DNA of 60,748 nucleotides, filler included, from Dugesia japonica (Eukaryota): NCBI GenBank assembly GCA_001938525.1. It is 6 parts of 6 records of this genome, joined end to end, with 100 filler letters (N's around TTAATTAATTAA, not from the genome) between each part and the next. Parts side by side here need not be neighbours in the genome. Positions count along the whole stretch, not along the records: positions 1 to 14,122 come from MQRL01589582.1; 5 more parts are not named here. One strand, 5' to 3'. Shown piece by piece: positions 1 to 11,558 of this stretch (position 1 is its first letter; each line of letters starts with the position of its first letter). The notes under the pieces were generated by a model. It saw only the letters and a program-made list of their open reading frames with translations, ran no database searches and was not told where the DNA came from. The position numbers and the translations under genes were made by a program.

Positions 1-278
1 TTTAACACACACACACGCAACCACACACACAAACTCAACTTGACATACTTTTTAAAATCCCCTTAGCAACCCAAACACACAAATTTTAAAAATTAAAAAT
101 ACACACATCCCTAGGATCAAAAAAACTGATCCAATCAAAATTTTTTGATCACAAAAATCCTAGAAAAAAACTAGCCAAAAACCATAGCGCAATCGTAATG
201 TGTTTTTAGAACCCCCCTGGAGGGGCTGCACGATAACTGCTTTTAAAAAGGTGGGTGATGCGCTACTTTCCACCTACT
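1..278 (-). repeat. Terminal segment of a dispersed repeat (probable Polinton/Maverick terminal inverted repeat)
   Basis: Aligns by eye with 36330-36611 (ACAC tracts, AAAAATTAAAAATACACAC, GATC motifs, CATAGC.CAATCGTAA). It ends in GCGCTACTTTCCACCTACT, the reverse complement of AGTAGGTGGAAAGTAGCGC. Confidence 0.6.
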
Positions 279-2284
279 CGCTATCATCGTTTACCTATTG
301 ATTATTTAGTTAATGGCTTAATCTGTTCATCGCTTATTAAATATAGTCAACTCTATAATTCACACTGAATATATACTTTGCAACTAATAATCCGAATAAA
401 CCGATTAATTGTTCATCTTAATATAGTAAAATCCATTAAAAATTATATTTCTAATGTGCTCTATCAACCAATTAATCATAAACTTGTAATATAAATTTAT
501 TCTTTCATTCATTGAAATTCTAACCAATTAAATCTATTATTAACCTTTCAAATCAATTAATTTATTCATTTAAATATTTTTTTAAATTAATTAGTGAAAT
601 CTTCAAAGAAATTTTATTCAAAGTAAAATTCTAATCAAATCAATAACTATTTAAGAAACTTATTTGATTCATTGAATTTAATTTTAAAATTATTTTTATT
701 TATTTTAATATCCTAATTGAAAATAAAAAATTGTAAAGGTTTTTTCATCTTTATAATTGTAAAAGCTTGAATTTCACTTATTATTTTAAAAAGTCTAAAG
801 TGNNNNNNNNNNNNNNNNNNNNNTAATGTTTTAGATATTTTTCTCATAATTATTTGAAAATTATTTATTCAATCAATTATTTTAGTCATTTTCAATAAAT
901 AATTCCAATTATTTCCAATTATCTAATGCTTAATAAAAATTCCCATTATTATAATTAAAAATTGAAATTAAATATTTTCATTAAGGTTAAAGATTAACGA
1001 TTTTAACCATGTTATTCTTACTTAGCATAAAAGTCTCTATCTAATTTTTACTTTGATGCTTAAATTTGATTTAAATTTTTAATTTTATTAATTCTTGACT
1101 CTAAAAAAGCATAATTTTAACTATTTTTTGAAAGATCTTTTCTAAAATTAATGTGTTTTCACATCAATTCAAGTGGTATGTACCTTTATTGATAATTATT
1201 TGAAAATTATTGAATTCGTCATACTTAATCTATTCAATGAATTATATGGGTTATTTCCAATAATTGTTCAAAAATTATTTTAATCAATCAATGCTTAATA
1301 AACCTTTTTTATGATAAATTAAATTTTAATTAGATTTTTATGCTAAAAATAGAACACGAATTAAAATACACACAAAATCTAATTTAATTTCAAAATTATA
1401 AGTAAAAACATAGAATAAGTTAAATAATTAAATATTAATTAAACAGTACATTTACCATTATGGGATAGTGAAGACTATCAAATAGTGGGAAATCCAGTGC
1501 ACTGTGATCAGAAAACTGAAATCCATTGTGCAAAGCACTGATCACTGTTGACTGAAGACCAGTCAAAAGTGAGAAAACCAATAAATGAGAGAAAAGACCA
1601 ATGAAGAGTAAATTATCATCCAAATAGACCGAAAACCAATACAAAATAAGCTGAATCGAGTAAATTTTTAAACTATTTTGTGTTCTTCGGGGATTTCCAA
1701 ATTAAGTACTTGTTTTTTTCAATATAACGTTTTATCTATAAGTATTGGTGACTTTTAATTGAGTTATTCGTAAAAGTTCCTATCGAATAGTATCGATTTC
1801 AATAAAGTTTAAGATACTTTTAGGAATTTTGAAAAATGTTACCAAATCCGGGAGAACGGCTGTACATGTTCGTTAGGAAGCATTTTCCAAAAACGATATT
1901 TTAACTTTGCACAGTCACTTTCTCCTCTTGAGTAAAATAATACCAAATTTGAAACCATATGAGTTATGTACACAGAAAATTGAGTATAAAAATTCAAAAT
2001 TTGAGATTTTTTCACTACAAAACCCCATTTATTTCATCAAGTATTAACTTTTGGGATTTCAGGTTAACATATTCGGAATCAGCAAAACATTCTCTATTGA
2101 ATAGACACTTTCTTAACATAGTTGAGTAGAAAAGTATTTTAGAAAAACTTTTATTTGTGAAAAATGATCACCGTAAAAACATCAGCAGTTTCGTATCTTT
2201 GAGATAAAGAACATATTTTTTCAAATATTTAGACTGTTCACACAGATTCACATAAAAATTTCATTTAAAAAATTTTAATTTTCT

Positions 2285-2455
2285 TTGTGTGGGGTACTTT
2301 CTTGTTGCATCTTGAACAACTAACTTTGGTAAATTCTCTTCTCAAGTGTGGTTCAGATCCACAAGCATAGAACTTTCTTTTTCTTTCTTGACAGTTTCTG
2401 CTTACATGACATATTTTGTTACAGGTTCAACACTTAATTTCTCGTCTTTCGTTAT
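2285..2455 (-). pseudogene. Isolated Gypsy gag zinc-knuckle fragment
   Basis: Clear nucleotide similarity to 40588-40750. The minus strand encodes degenerate CCHC knuckles (CNKICHVSRNC, YACGSEPHLRRE, CSRCNKK). Confidence 0.75.
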
Positions 2456-2633
2456 CAAATACCAAAAATAAAAACAAAATTTTGATCTAAGCTTTTAATT
2501 TAAATGAATTATTATTATTTTTATTATTCTAATTATTAATGTTATTATTATTATTATTAAATTGATTAAATAACTGAGTTATATGTAAAATTTACTCAGT
2601 TATTCATTTACTCAATTACTCGGTTACTCAATA

Positions 2634-2634
2634 C

Positions 2635-2681
<47 letters not shown>
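2634..2681. repeat. (AAT)n microsatellite
   Basis: Pure AAT run. Confidence 0.95.
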
Positions 2682-2684
<3 letters not shown>

Positions 2685-3733
2685 TAACTAAATAACGCTA
2701 TTTAAAATAAAACTTTATTGTTACATATTTAGACGGATCAACTGTAATCATCAGACAACAATGAAAGAAAAGTTTATTCAGTCTTTATTATTTAAACAAA
2801 GGTTAATGCAATTATACTGAATATAATACTGAATATAATGGTAATATAAAAATTAAATAATTAATTTATATTCTTATAAAATTTGTTTTTCTATAATAAT
2901 ATTTTATTAAAATTACTATTACCTATAAAATCAAAGACATTTTACAAAAATATTTAAAATTTTATGTTTTTAAATTATATTAAAATTTTTTTAAAACCTA
3001 TGAAATCATAAAAATTGAAATTTATTTAAAAAAATACAAATCCTATAAAAACCTATAAAAATCCTGTATGGTATTTATTAATAAAGCTTTTCAAAAATCT
3101 TATGTGAAGTAGAAACAATTTTCAATAAAGGAAGATCCTTAGTAGCTTTCAGAATCGATTCCTTAAACTTTTTAAAACCTTCAGAATAAGTAATCGATAA
3201 AACAAATGGCCCAATACAATTTGATAAAGTGTTATCAGGTTCAGGATTATTCAACACAGTTTCAGTCTTTTTATCGAAATCAATATTATCACCAACCAAT
3301 ATTTTGTCAATTGTCTGCGAATTTTGTCAATTTTTTTTCTTTGATGATATTTGAATAAATTACTTATTATATCGGCCTTATGAGAATGATGCAATATATC
3401 ACATGCAATTTTGTCAAATGGTATTTTATAAAACAATTAAACAAAAAATAAAATTAAAAATATCAAAGATATGATTATTATACTACCAAAATTTTTCTAA
3501 AAAATTCTAAATTCCAATTAAATATTTTTCTTGATTTAGTAAACAATTTAGACTTCACAATTTCCATGTAAATACTTTATATGTGATGCTATATGGTATA
3601 AATTTATCATTAATTTTTTCTATTAATCATTACCCGAAAAGCTTGTTTACATTAATTTATAGAATCTCATTAACTCAGTTATAATTGTTATTTATTTAAT
3701 ATATATGAATTATTCTACACTGAACTTTTTGTA

Positions 3734-3734
<1 letters not shown>

Positions 3735-3779
<45 letters not shown>

Positions 3780-3887
3780 NNNNNNNNNNNNNNNNNNNNN
3801 NNNNNNNNNNNNNNNNNNNNNNNNNNNNNNNNNNNNNNNNNNNNNNNNNNNNNNNNNNNNNNNNNNNNNNNNNNNNNNNNNNNNNNN

Positions 3888-3944
<57 letters not shown>
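3735..3944. repeat. (TTA)n microsatellite with internal gap; left flank of the LTR element
   Basis: Pure TTA run on both sides of an N gap, ending at the LTR boundary. Confidence 0.9.
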
Positions 3945-3949
<5 letters not shown>

Positions 3950-4250
3950 GTTGAGTTTTGAGAACTCGGATTATCAACATCAAAATTCAACTCCATAAAA
4001 TTTATTTCAAAATAAGAACTAAGCTTAATACTACGTTTATTCAAACAAAAAAAAATCCCGTGTTTTCATTGGTGATCATTTTTTAAAATTAATTTACTTT
4101 AATTTAATTTTAATTTACTTTATCATTAAAGCAAATATTTGTTATTTAAATTTTTCATCAACAATTCAAATTTCTCCTTTAAACAAAAGATTTTAAAATA
4201 TGATCACCAATCACACAAAAATTTAAACTTGCTTTTCAAAACCACTCACA
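3945..4250 (-). repeat. 3' LTR
   Basis: TATTAGTTGAGTTTTGAGAACTCGGATTATC...ACCACTCACA matches 8202-8547. On the minus strand it is preceded by the PPT-like AAAATTGGGAA (4251-4261). Confidence 0.9.
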
Positions 4251-4269
4251 TTCCCAATTTTAAGACATT

Positions 4270-6990
4270 TTTTGATCTTCTCTACGTTTTTTCGAGACTT
4301 TTTCCGTTTGTATCTTTCAGGATGTAATGTCTGTCATAAACCTTCCCCTTGATCTTATAGGGTCCTTCATAACGATCCTGGTTCATTAAGACCTTATCCC
4401 GACCTCGAATTGTCTTTTAGTTAATATTTCTTCCTCTTCTTCTTTGCAAACTCTGAGTATTTGTTTCATACCATTTTTCTCTGCTTATTCTCTTCCCGAT
4501 ACGATTTCAGCAGGGCTTTTCCATATAGTTTCTGTTTTGTAGCGTTTAAGGTAAATTCTTTCTCTGCCAATACATCAACCCAATCTGAGGTTTTTCTTTC
4601 TTTAAATGTTCATAGTTCTAAACTGCCTCTCGATTTGCTCATTTGTGTTATAATGATATAGACTCAAGAACCTGAGAGTAATTCCAGATTCAACTGCAAA
4701 ATCTTTCATTGATTTAGACTCAAATGCTCTTCCACAATCTACTCAAATTTCTTTCGGGCACCTGAACTTTAATATTCACTTCTCCAATATTGCTTTCCGT
4801 ATGGTATCTTCATCTTGTTTTGCCATTGTTTTGTCTCCCGCAATAGTTCACACACATCTATAAATAACAGTTGAAACATTTCAGCTGGCTGCATCTTTTT
4901 TGTTTCTTCCTTCGTTTTTGTTATCAACACTTTAGCTTTCTATCATGTTAAACAGCTTCGGACAACCTCTTGTACTTTAGTCCACAAATGTCTCGCTTTA
5001 TATTTATGCCTCATATACGCTGCTACTTTTTTGTTCTAGCATGACACAAAAGATGGTGTATCCTCATTATAACCTCTTCTACTTTATCATACGATATCCA
5101 TGTTCCTTCATCATTTTCACCAAAGTTTTCTTGTTTCTATTGAATATAATTTTCTACTTTTGAGATCTTCATGCGACATTAAACATTGTGCAAATGTATC
5201 GCATTTACTCCTTAACAACATATCCGCATTTGCATGAAGCGATCTTTTTCTATATTCCAATTTGGTATCTAAACTGCTCAAATAACTAATCCAGGTTTGA
5301 AACTGTAATGTAATTGGCTTCTTTATATTTAGCATAAAAGTGATGGCTTTATGGTCTGTTCTGAGGATAAATCTCTTCTCACATATGTAATGTTTAAAAT
5401 GAATACAAAAGTAGTAAATTGCGAGCAATTCTTTCTGTGTAGTATAATATCCTCACTCATGACTCGTCACTGCGTGTGACGAATATGCAATTACTCTTTC
5501 TTGTCCATTGTTTTATTTTTTAAATAGACTGCCCCAATCGTATTGAAACTCGCACACGTGTCCTAAATAAATCCTCTATTTATATCTGGAAAACATCATA
5601 TTGGAGACATCATTAGTGCTTCTTTCATTTAATTCAAACATTCTTCTAATTTATTCGCCCATTCAGGTTTTTTGTTACTTGGCCCACTATACAGTTGTTC
5701 AAACAATCTGGCTTTTTTTAGAATAATCTTTAATAAGCTTTTGATAGTAATTACAAATTTCTAAAAAGCTTCTAATTTTCCTAACGCATTTTGGTGTAAC
5801 AAAGTTCATAATTGCTTCTATTTTAGTTGGATCTGTTTTGACACCTTGTGTACATGAATTAACATTTCTCTGAATTAACTCTTAGACCACCATTCTTAAT
5901 TTCTGTTAATACTTTATTGATTATTTTTTAATGTTGCTCCTTTGTTTCGGTAAATATGAGAATATCATCTAGATAAACCATCACTCCTTTTATTTTTCCG
6001 ATTACTTTATTCATCATTTCCTGGAACGTCCCTGGTGCTGCTGCAATTCCACAAGGCATTCTATTGAAACAAAATTGTCCTTATTTGATCGAAAAAAGCC
6101 GTTTTTTCTTGAGAATCTTCACTGAGTTCCATTTGGTAGTATGCACTTTGCAATTCTATTAAGCTAAAATACTGCATACCTTCCAAAGCATGTAGCATTT
6201 CGTCCACATTTGGCATAGGAAAAGTTTATATTTTTGTTATTGCATTGAGTTGCCTAAAGTTTAAGCATAAACCTTTTTCCTTTTTCCAAATGCAGATTAA
6301 TGGCGTATTCTATTGCAAATTACACTTCCGGATGATACCGTTATTATATAGATTCTTGATAGCCTCTTTAATCTTCTCTTCTAAATTCATTGGTTGGCGA
6401 TACGGTTTTATGTTAATTGGACCTCTTTTAGTGATTATTCGATGCTTCCTTAAGTGTGCACATCCAATGTCCCATTTATCCACCATAAATACATCCTTAT
6501 TATTCTGAATAATCGCAGGCAATCTATGATCCTTGTTAATTTCCAGAATCTCCATTGCATGTCTCAATCTTTCACCTGTCTGTATTTGGTTTCCAAATTT
6601 TGCCTTGATGTTGCAAACAAATGTTTCTCGATGATTATAGATGTCTACCCTGCATTGTTTTTGCAGATAATACACAAAAGTATTCTGAAATTCCACTTCA
6701 CCAATTAGATTTGGTATTAATTTTTCTACTATTATAAATGTTACGTCTTTGCATACTTCTGAAACTACAACTTCGACACGTATCTTTACAATCGTTTCCA
6801 ATGAGCTGTTATTTGCACAATGTAATCGTTCCTCGCCTTTTTCTAACATTGTTTCTCCGAGTCTATTAAATCCTTTAATGCTCATCACATTTATTCTTGC
6901 TCATTTATCTAACAAACAATCAAACTGTTCACCTTTGATCATCACTGAAATGCTAGTCTCCTTTGCATTTTATCATACAAAATTTCTACA
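4270..6990 (-). pseudogene. pol: Gypsy pol (protease, RT, RNase H, integrase), disrupted
   Basis: PR: ISVMIKGEQFDCLLD near 6910-6955. RT: IKPYRQP...GIIRKC, and MVYLDDILIF near 5955-5985. RH: FILRTDHKAITF. INT: IHHLLCH...VVRSCLT near 4945-5065, and YEGPYKI near 4350-4375. Confidence 0.92.
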
Positions 6991-7029
6991 TTCTGTTTCT
7001 CTTTAATTGTTCCTATCACTTCTGCTTTG

Positions 7030-8172
7030 TTAACTTCCTCATCATTTAAACTTTCTCTTTTAAGGAATCTGTAAACCTTTTCTCTCCCTTTACTCGTCTC
7101 ATCCATTTTCTCGGCCTCTTGAGGATATTCAAACGGTATCTCGTTAAATGAATGGCTCCGATCAACTCCTCTACTGATGTAGTACTGCCTTTTCGGAATT
7201 TTCTTCTTGGATCGTCGTTTTCGATTATGCTCTCAGAAACTCTCTCTTTATTTTCGTCATCACATTCTTTTCGAAAGGCATGAATTAATTTTATCAGACT
7301 CCAATCTTTTGTTTGTTGTCCGCTTTTAAAATTGTATCTTCTTCAATTCTAGGTTTACTAATGTTTGAATAACATTCTTCCACTCTGTGACCCGGTCTTT
7401 TACATCTACTACATATAACTTCTGTGCACATCCTTCTGATATGACCAATCACTCTACACCCAAAACATTTTGGTGGTTTCTTGTCTTAAAAATTTATACT
7501 TAAATGCTCTTTTTTGTGACAAGTCCAACATTCCACATGAAAATTTTTTGGACACTCTCTTTTTGTATCCCCATAACTCTGGCATGTCCAACATTGTGGT
7601 TCTGTTCATTTTGTAACTCTCTCAATATTTTGCCTCCTTTCTCCAAAACGTTTTCCACGTGTTACACTCTTTACTACATTAACAAGTTCTCTTCTTTCTA
7701 TTTTTTCAACTAATAATAACGTTTTTTTAATATCTTCTACTTTCTCAAGTTTTCGCATAATAATCTCTTCTTTTGCTTTTTTACTATTTGCACACATTAT
7801 TAGCATTTTTTATAAGAGTTTTTATTTCGCCAGCTCTCCATTTGCTAAACAGTTACCGACTAAATCTTCCACTTTTTTAAAATACACCACAAGAGTTTCA
7901 TCACCACGTCGATAGCTTACAAGATTCTGTAAATCATTTATTATGTCTCTCTTGCTCTCAAAAACTAATCGCAATCTCTCTCAATATCCATCCGCTTTCT
8001 TCAATGTCTTCACATATGCTTCCATTAAATCTTTATGAAGCATACATGTTACCCAACGTTTCTGATCTTTCTTAACAACGATGTTTTTGGCCTCAAAGTA
8101 TATTTCACACCGTTTAATAAACTTTTCTAGATAATCGCCTCTGCAAATTCTTTTCGGCAACAATCATTCTGT
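7030..8172 (-). pseudogene. gag: Gypsy gag with three CCHC knuckles, disrupted
   Basis: ORF pieces start right after the PBS (LPKRICRGDYLEKFIKRCEIYF). Knuckles CWTCHKKEH, CFGCRVIGHIRRMC and CSRCKRPGHRVEEC lie at about 7370-7535. Confidence 0.88.
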
Positions 8173-8189
8173 AATTGCATCGGTGTTTA

Positions 8190-8201
8190 CCGCTGCCACC
8201 A
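8190..8201 (-). promoter_or_regulatory. Primer-binding site (tRNA-Leu type)
   Basis: Minus-strand TGGTGGCAGCGG immediately follows the LTR end (...CTAACA). It is complementary to the tRNA-Leu(AAG/TAG) 3' end CCGCTGCCA-CCA. Confidence 0.85.
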
Positions 8202-8547
8202 TGTTAGATAAGTTTTGAGAACTCGGATTATCACCATCAAAATTCAAATCTATAAAACTTATTTCAAAATAAAAACTAAGCTTAACATTATTTTTTTATT
8301 CAAACAAATCCAAATTCCGTGTTTTCATTGGTGATCATTTTTCAAAATAAATTTACTTAAATTTATTTAAAACATTTTATTTATTTATTTAAAATTAATT
8401 TACTTTAAATTATACTTAAACCAAATATTTGTTATTTAAATTTTTCATCAACAATTCAAATTTCTCCTTTAAACAAAAGATTTTAAAATATTAAATCCTT
8501 TTCACAATAACACAAAAATTTTAACTTACTTTTCAAGACCCCTCACA
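8202..8547 (-). repeat. 5' LTR
   Basis: Has TG...CA ends (TGTTAG...CTCACA), is a direct repeat of 3945-4250, and is followed by an (ATT)n tract at 8548-8588. Confidence 0.92.
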
Positions 8548-8589
<42 letters not shown>

Positions 8590-9159
8590 TGTTTGATTGT
8601 TTGTATGTTTGTGTGTGATGCTCAATATTATTCATAAAATTTCACAAAATTTCAATATTGTGATTTTTTATTAAACCTTTTAAAATTTTCAATTATTATA
8701 TCAAAAAAACCCAGTAGTTTATGTATGCTTGTTTGTTTTTATTGAAAATTTATTAAAGATAAGAAGATTTGATAGATTTAATGAAAATTATTCAAAAATT
8801 ATTAACTTTAGTGATGATAATTTTAAAACTTTATTATTTTTTATCAGTTATTTTAAAAAAGAACAAGAAAAATGTATGAAAGCAAATAATTTAAAAAAAG
8901 AATAAAACATCTATAAATTATGAAAATAATTCTCGAAACTTTAAGTTTAAAATATAAAAACTAATGATACAGTTATATTTATTTTATTGAAAATTTATTA
9001 CAGATTAAAAATTTGAAAAATCGAACGATATAATAAAAATAATTCAGAAAATGACCAAGAAAAGTATTCAAAAATGTTTAACTTCAATGATGATAATTTT
9101 AAAAATTTTTAATTTTAATTACAATTTATAAACTTTCATTGAAAATTATTGTTTACTGT

Positions 9160-9438
9160 AATGGTTTCTTAAGATCGGCGAAGAAACTCTTCCTAAATTC
9201 ATATCTCTTTGTTATTCAGAACTCATCCAAGTTCTTCCAGCTATGATTGCAAATGGCAGCTGAATCGACACTATTTTTGGCAAAAATTCTTGAAACCTCA
9301 GCGATTAGCAGTTGTTAAACAGAGTGATCATTGCTGCAATCAATAGACAGGCTCTTAAAATGAATCGCAAAATTATTTGCTGACTTCCGGGCAAGTCTGG
9401 AATTTACTTCAGTGCTAATTCAGTTGTATCTGAAAATC
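9160..9438 (+). pseudogene. Helitron PIF1-family helicase fragment
   Basis: Translates to WFLKIGEETLP...IDTIFG...RVIIAAINRQALKMNRKIIC*LPGKSGIYFSANSV. This matches the Helitron pattern WLLxIG...RAILAPxN...IN...LPG...Y.S.DS. Confidence 0.75.
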
Positions 9439-9439
9439 A

Positions 9440-9900
9440 AGCGCGTTTACTTTTGGCATTTGGGAAAGAAAAAGATTCAATCAAAGATTCTCAAAATTTA
9501 ATTAACTACAAGAGTAATAATGGAGAGATTTAAGTTTATTTTAAGAAGGTAAAATAATTATGGAAGAGATTATTTACAAATAAAGATTTTACTGAAGAAA
9601 AAATGGTATCAAAGATGCTAGTATTTTGTTCAAATAACAAAAAAGTTGAAAAAGAGGTGACTTTGTGGAAAGGACAGAATATGGAAGAAATTGAAGAAAC
9701 AATGATGTTAGTAAATCGAGTAGAGAAAGGCAGAGATCAAGTTGAGGCTGTTAGAAGCGACGTCAGAGTTACAAGTCAAAATTACAAGAAACCTGTGAAT
9801 CATATAGTGAGTAGTATTGTATGTCAAAGGAAGTAAAAACAAAATATTGAATATTAGCTGTCATACGATCGGTCATAATAAAACAAATTGTCCGACTAAA
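9440..9900 (+). pseudogene. Gypsy gag fragment
   Basis: Resembles the gag at 7600-7980 (NLINYK, YFKKV, KMLVFCSNNKKVEKEV...IEETMMLVNRVEK). It ends in a degenerate knuckle (SCHTIGHNKTNCP). Confidence 0.65.
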
Positions 9901-10492
9901 AAATAGTAAAGCGTCTTAAAAACATTTTAAAAAACATTTTTGCCACTTAAAAAGCTTGAAAAAATATTTTCCCAACTAAATACACAAGGAAAACTCTATA
10001 CCACTTTGCCGCATAAAAAGCTTGAAAATATTTCTTAACTAAAAAATTAGGAAAAATTCCATACCACTTAGTCCTTTTACGTAAAATTATATTTGTCATA
10101 TTTCAAATTCCCAACTATTAACACTGGGATTAAGTTTCGTTACATCACTAATCTTGAGAGAGGATTGCACACAAGGCAGTACAGTGTAATACTCAAAGGG
10201 TCGAAAAGTTAGATGATATTGTGAAAGTTACAGAAAAAGTATATAGGTTCATAGTAAGATAAAATTTTAGGGATGAAAGAAACATAGAATGAATTGAAAC
10301 AATTAACGCATAACAGAAATCAAATTTTGCGTAAGTAGGTAGATAGTAAGTAGATAATTTACAGTGTTTTTGAAAACGAAATTAAAATTATTGATAAAAG
10401 ACAAATACTGGTTTAAATAATTTACTTCGGTTTAAACAATATAATTGTCATAAAAAGTTTAAGAAAAAATGAAGATTTTATTATTCAAATAA

Positions 10493-10849
10493 TTTATTTA
10501 TTTAATTAGTTCAATTCAGATCGATAAAATCGGAAAAGAATGGTTAGAATCAGATTGGTTAGGAGTATATTCATTAGACAAGATTCTATATATTCCAGTC
10601 AATAGAGCACTAGTAGTCAACACACAGATCTCAAACCTCGGAGGTGAACATTGGTTAGCGGTTTATCATAATCCTGAACATATCCTAGTATTTGATTCAT
10701 TTGGATTTTATTATCCATCAATACTAGTATCGCAACTATCGTGTTTATCAAAGCTTAATATCTATAATAGAATTCAGTACCAACAGTGGCAAAATATGGT
10801 TTGTGGACAGCATTGTCTATTATGGTTAAGAAAACAACATGGTGGATGA
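10493..10849 (+). pseudogene. Adenain-like cysteine protease (Polinton maturation protease), no start codon
   Basis: Stop-free frame absent from the ORF track: WLGVYSLDKI...ALVVNTQISNLGGEHWLAVY...LVFDSFG...RIQYQ...VCGQHCLLWL. The His, Asp, Gln and Cys motifs are in adenain order. Confidence 0.88.
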
Positions 10850-11271
10850 AAAAATATTCTGGAAAAGTATTAAATATGTTGAAAAAATCAACATGGCGGA
10901 TTAAACTTTGTATTGAAAAAATGTGTTGAATAAAATACCTCGTCACTTATTTAATCTATAATTTTTTACTGCGTAAATTTTTATTATGAATATTTTTATT
11001 GTTAAGCTATTTAAATTAATATTTTATTATATGCGAATTTATTTTTGAATAAATTGTAATTGAATTTATTTTTGAATAAATTGTAATTGAAATAATATTT
11101 AATTCTATTTGTATCAATAAATAATTCTATTTGAATTTATCTTTGAAAAAATTGTAAATAAATTTTTCTTTATTTAATCACATCAATTATTTTAAAATCA
11201 GTAAGTAACCATTTTTTACATTTTTATTATTTTAAATTTTTTATTTTTAGATAATAATTATTAGAGTATGA

Positions 11272-11558
11272 ATGGGAATAATTCTAATTTTATTGGTTGT
11301 TGAGACAAATATCCGTAAATATTATCGATTATTAAAATTAAATATTTCTAATTATAATATAAAAGAAATTATATTGACTGAAAAATTAACTACAAAATTA
11401 ATTACTTTAATTAAGGCAATGAATAATGTAAAAATTCAATTTGGTATTGAAGTTGAATTTATTAAGGATGAGGAAATTAAGACTTGTAAGTTATCTAATA
11501 GAGCTGTCCCGTTGACTGATGATGTCTTTGATGTAGGCATAAAACAATTAAACAAGAA
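11272..11558 (+). pseudogene. Possible N-terminal-region fragment of Polinton pPolB, interrupted by an inverted duplication
   Basis: NVKIQFGIEVEFIKD resembles the KVQ..L.V.F.K segment seen upstream of Polinton polymerase cores. The remainder of the listed ORF is antisense to the duplicated segment. Confidence 0.35.

Larger units (their letters stand above)
3945..8547 (-). mobile_element. Near-complete, decayed Ty3/Gypsy LTR retrotransposon
   Basis: Two direct repeats (3945-4250, 8202-8547), a PBS next to the 5' LTR, and a purine-rich tract next to the 3' LTR. Domain order on the minus strand is gag-PR-RT-RH-INT, with many stops and frameshifts. Confidence 0.95.

Noticed and set aside
3715-4044. 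Poly-Asn/poly-Ile ORFs (also at 14175-14907 and 58699-59161)
   Set aside because: They are translations of (AAT)n microsatellites and N gaps, not genes.
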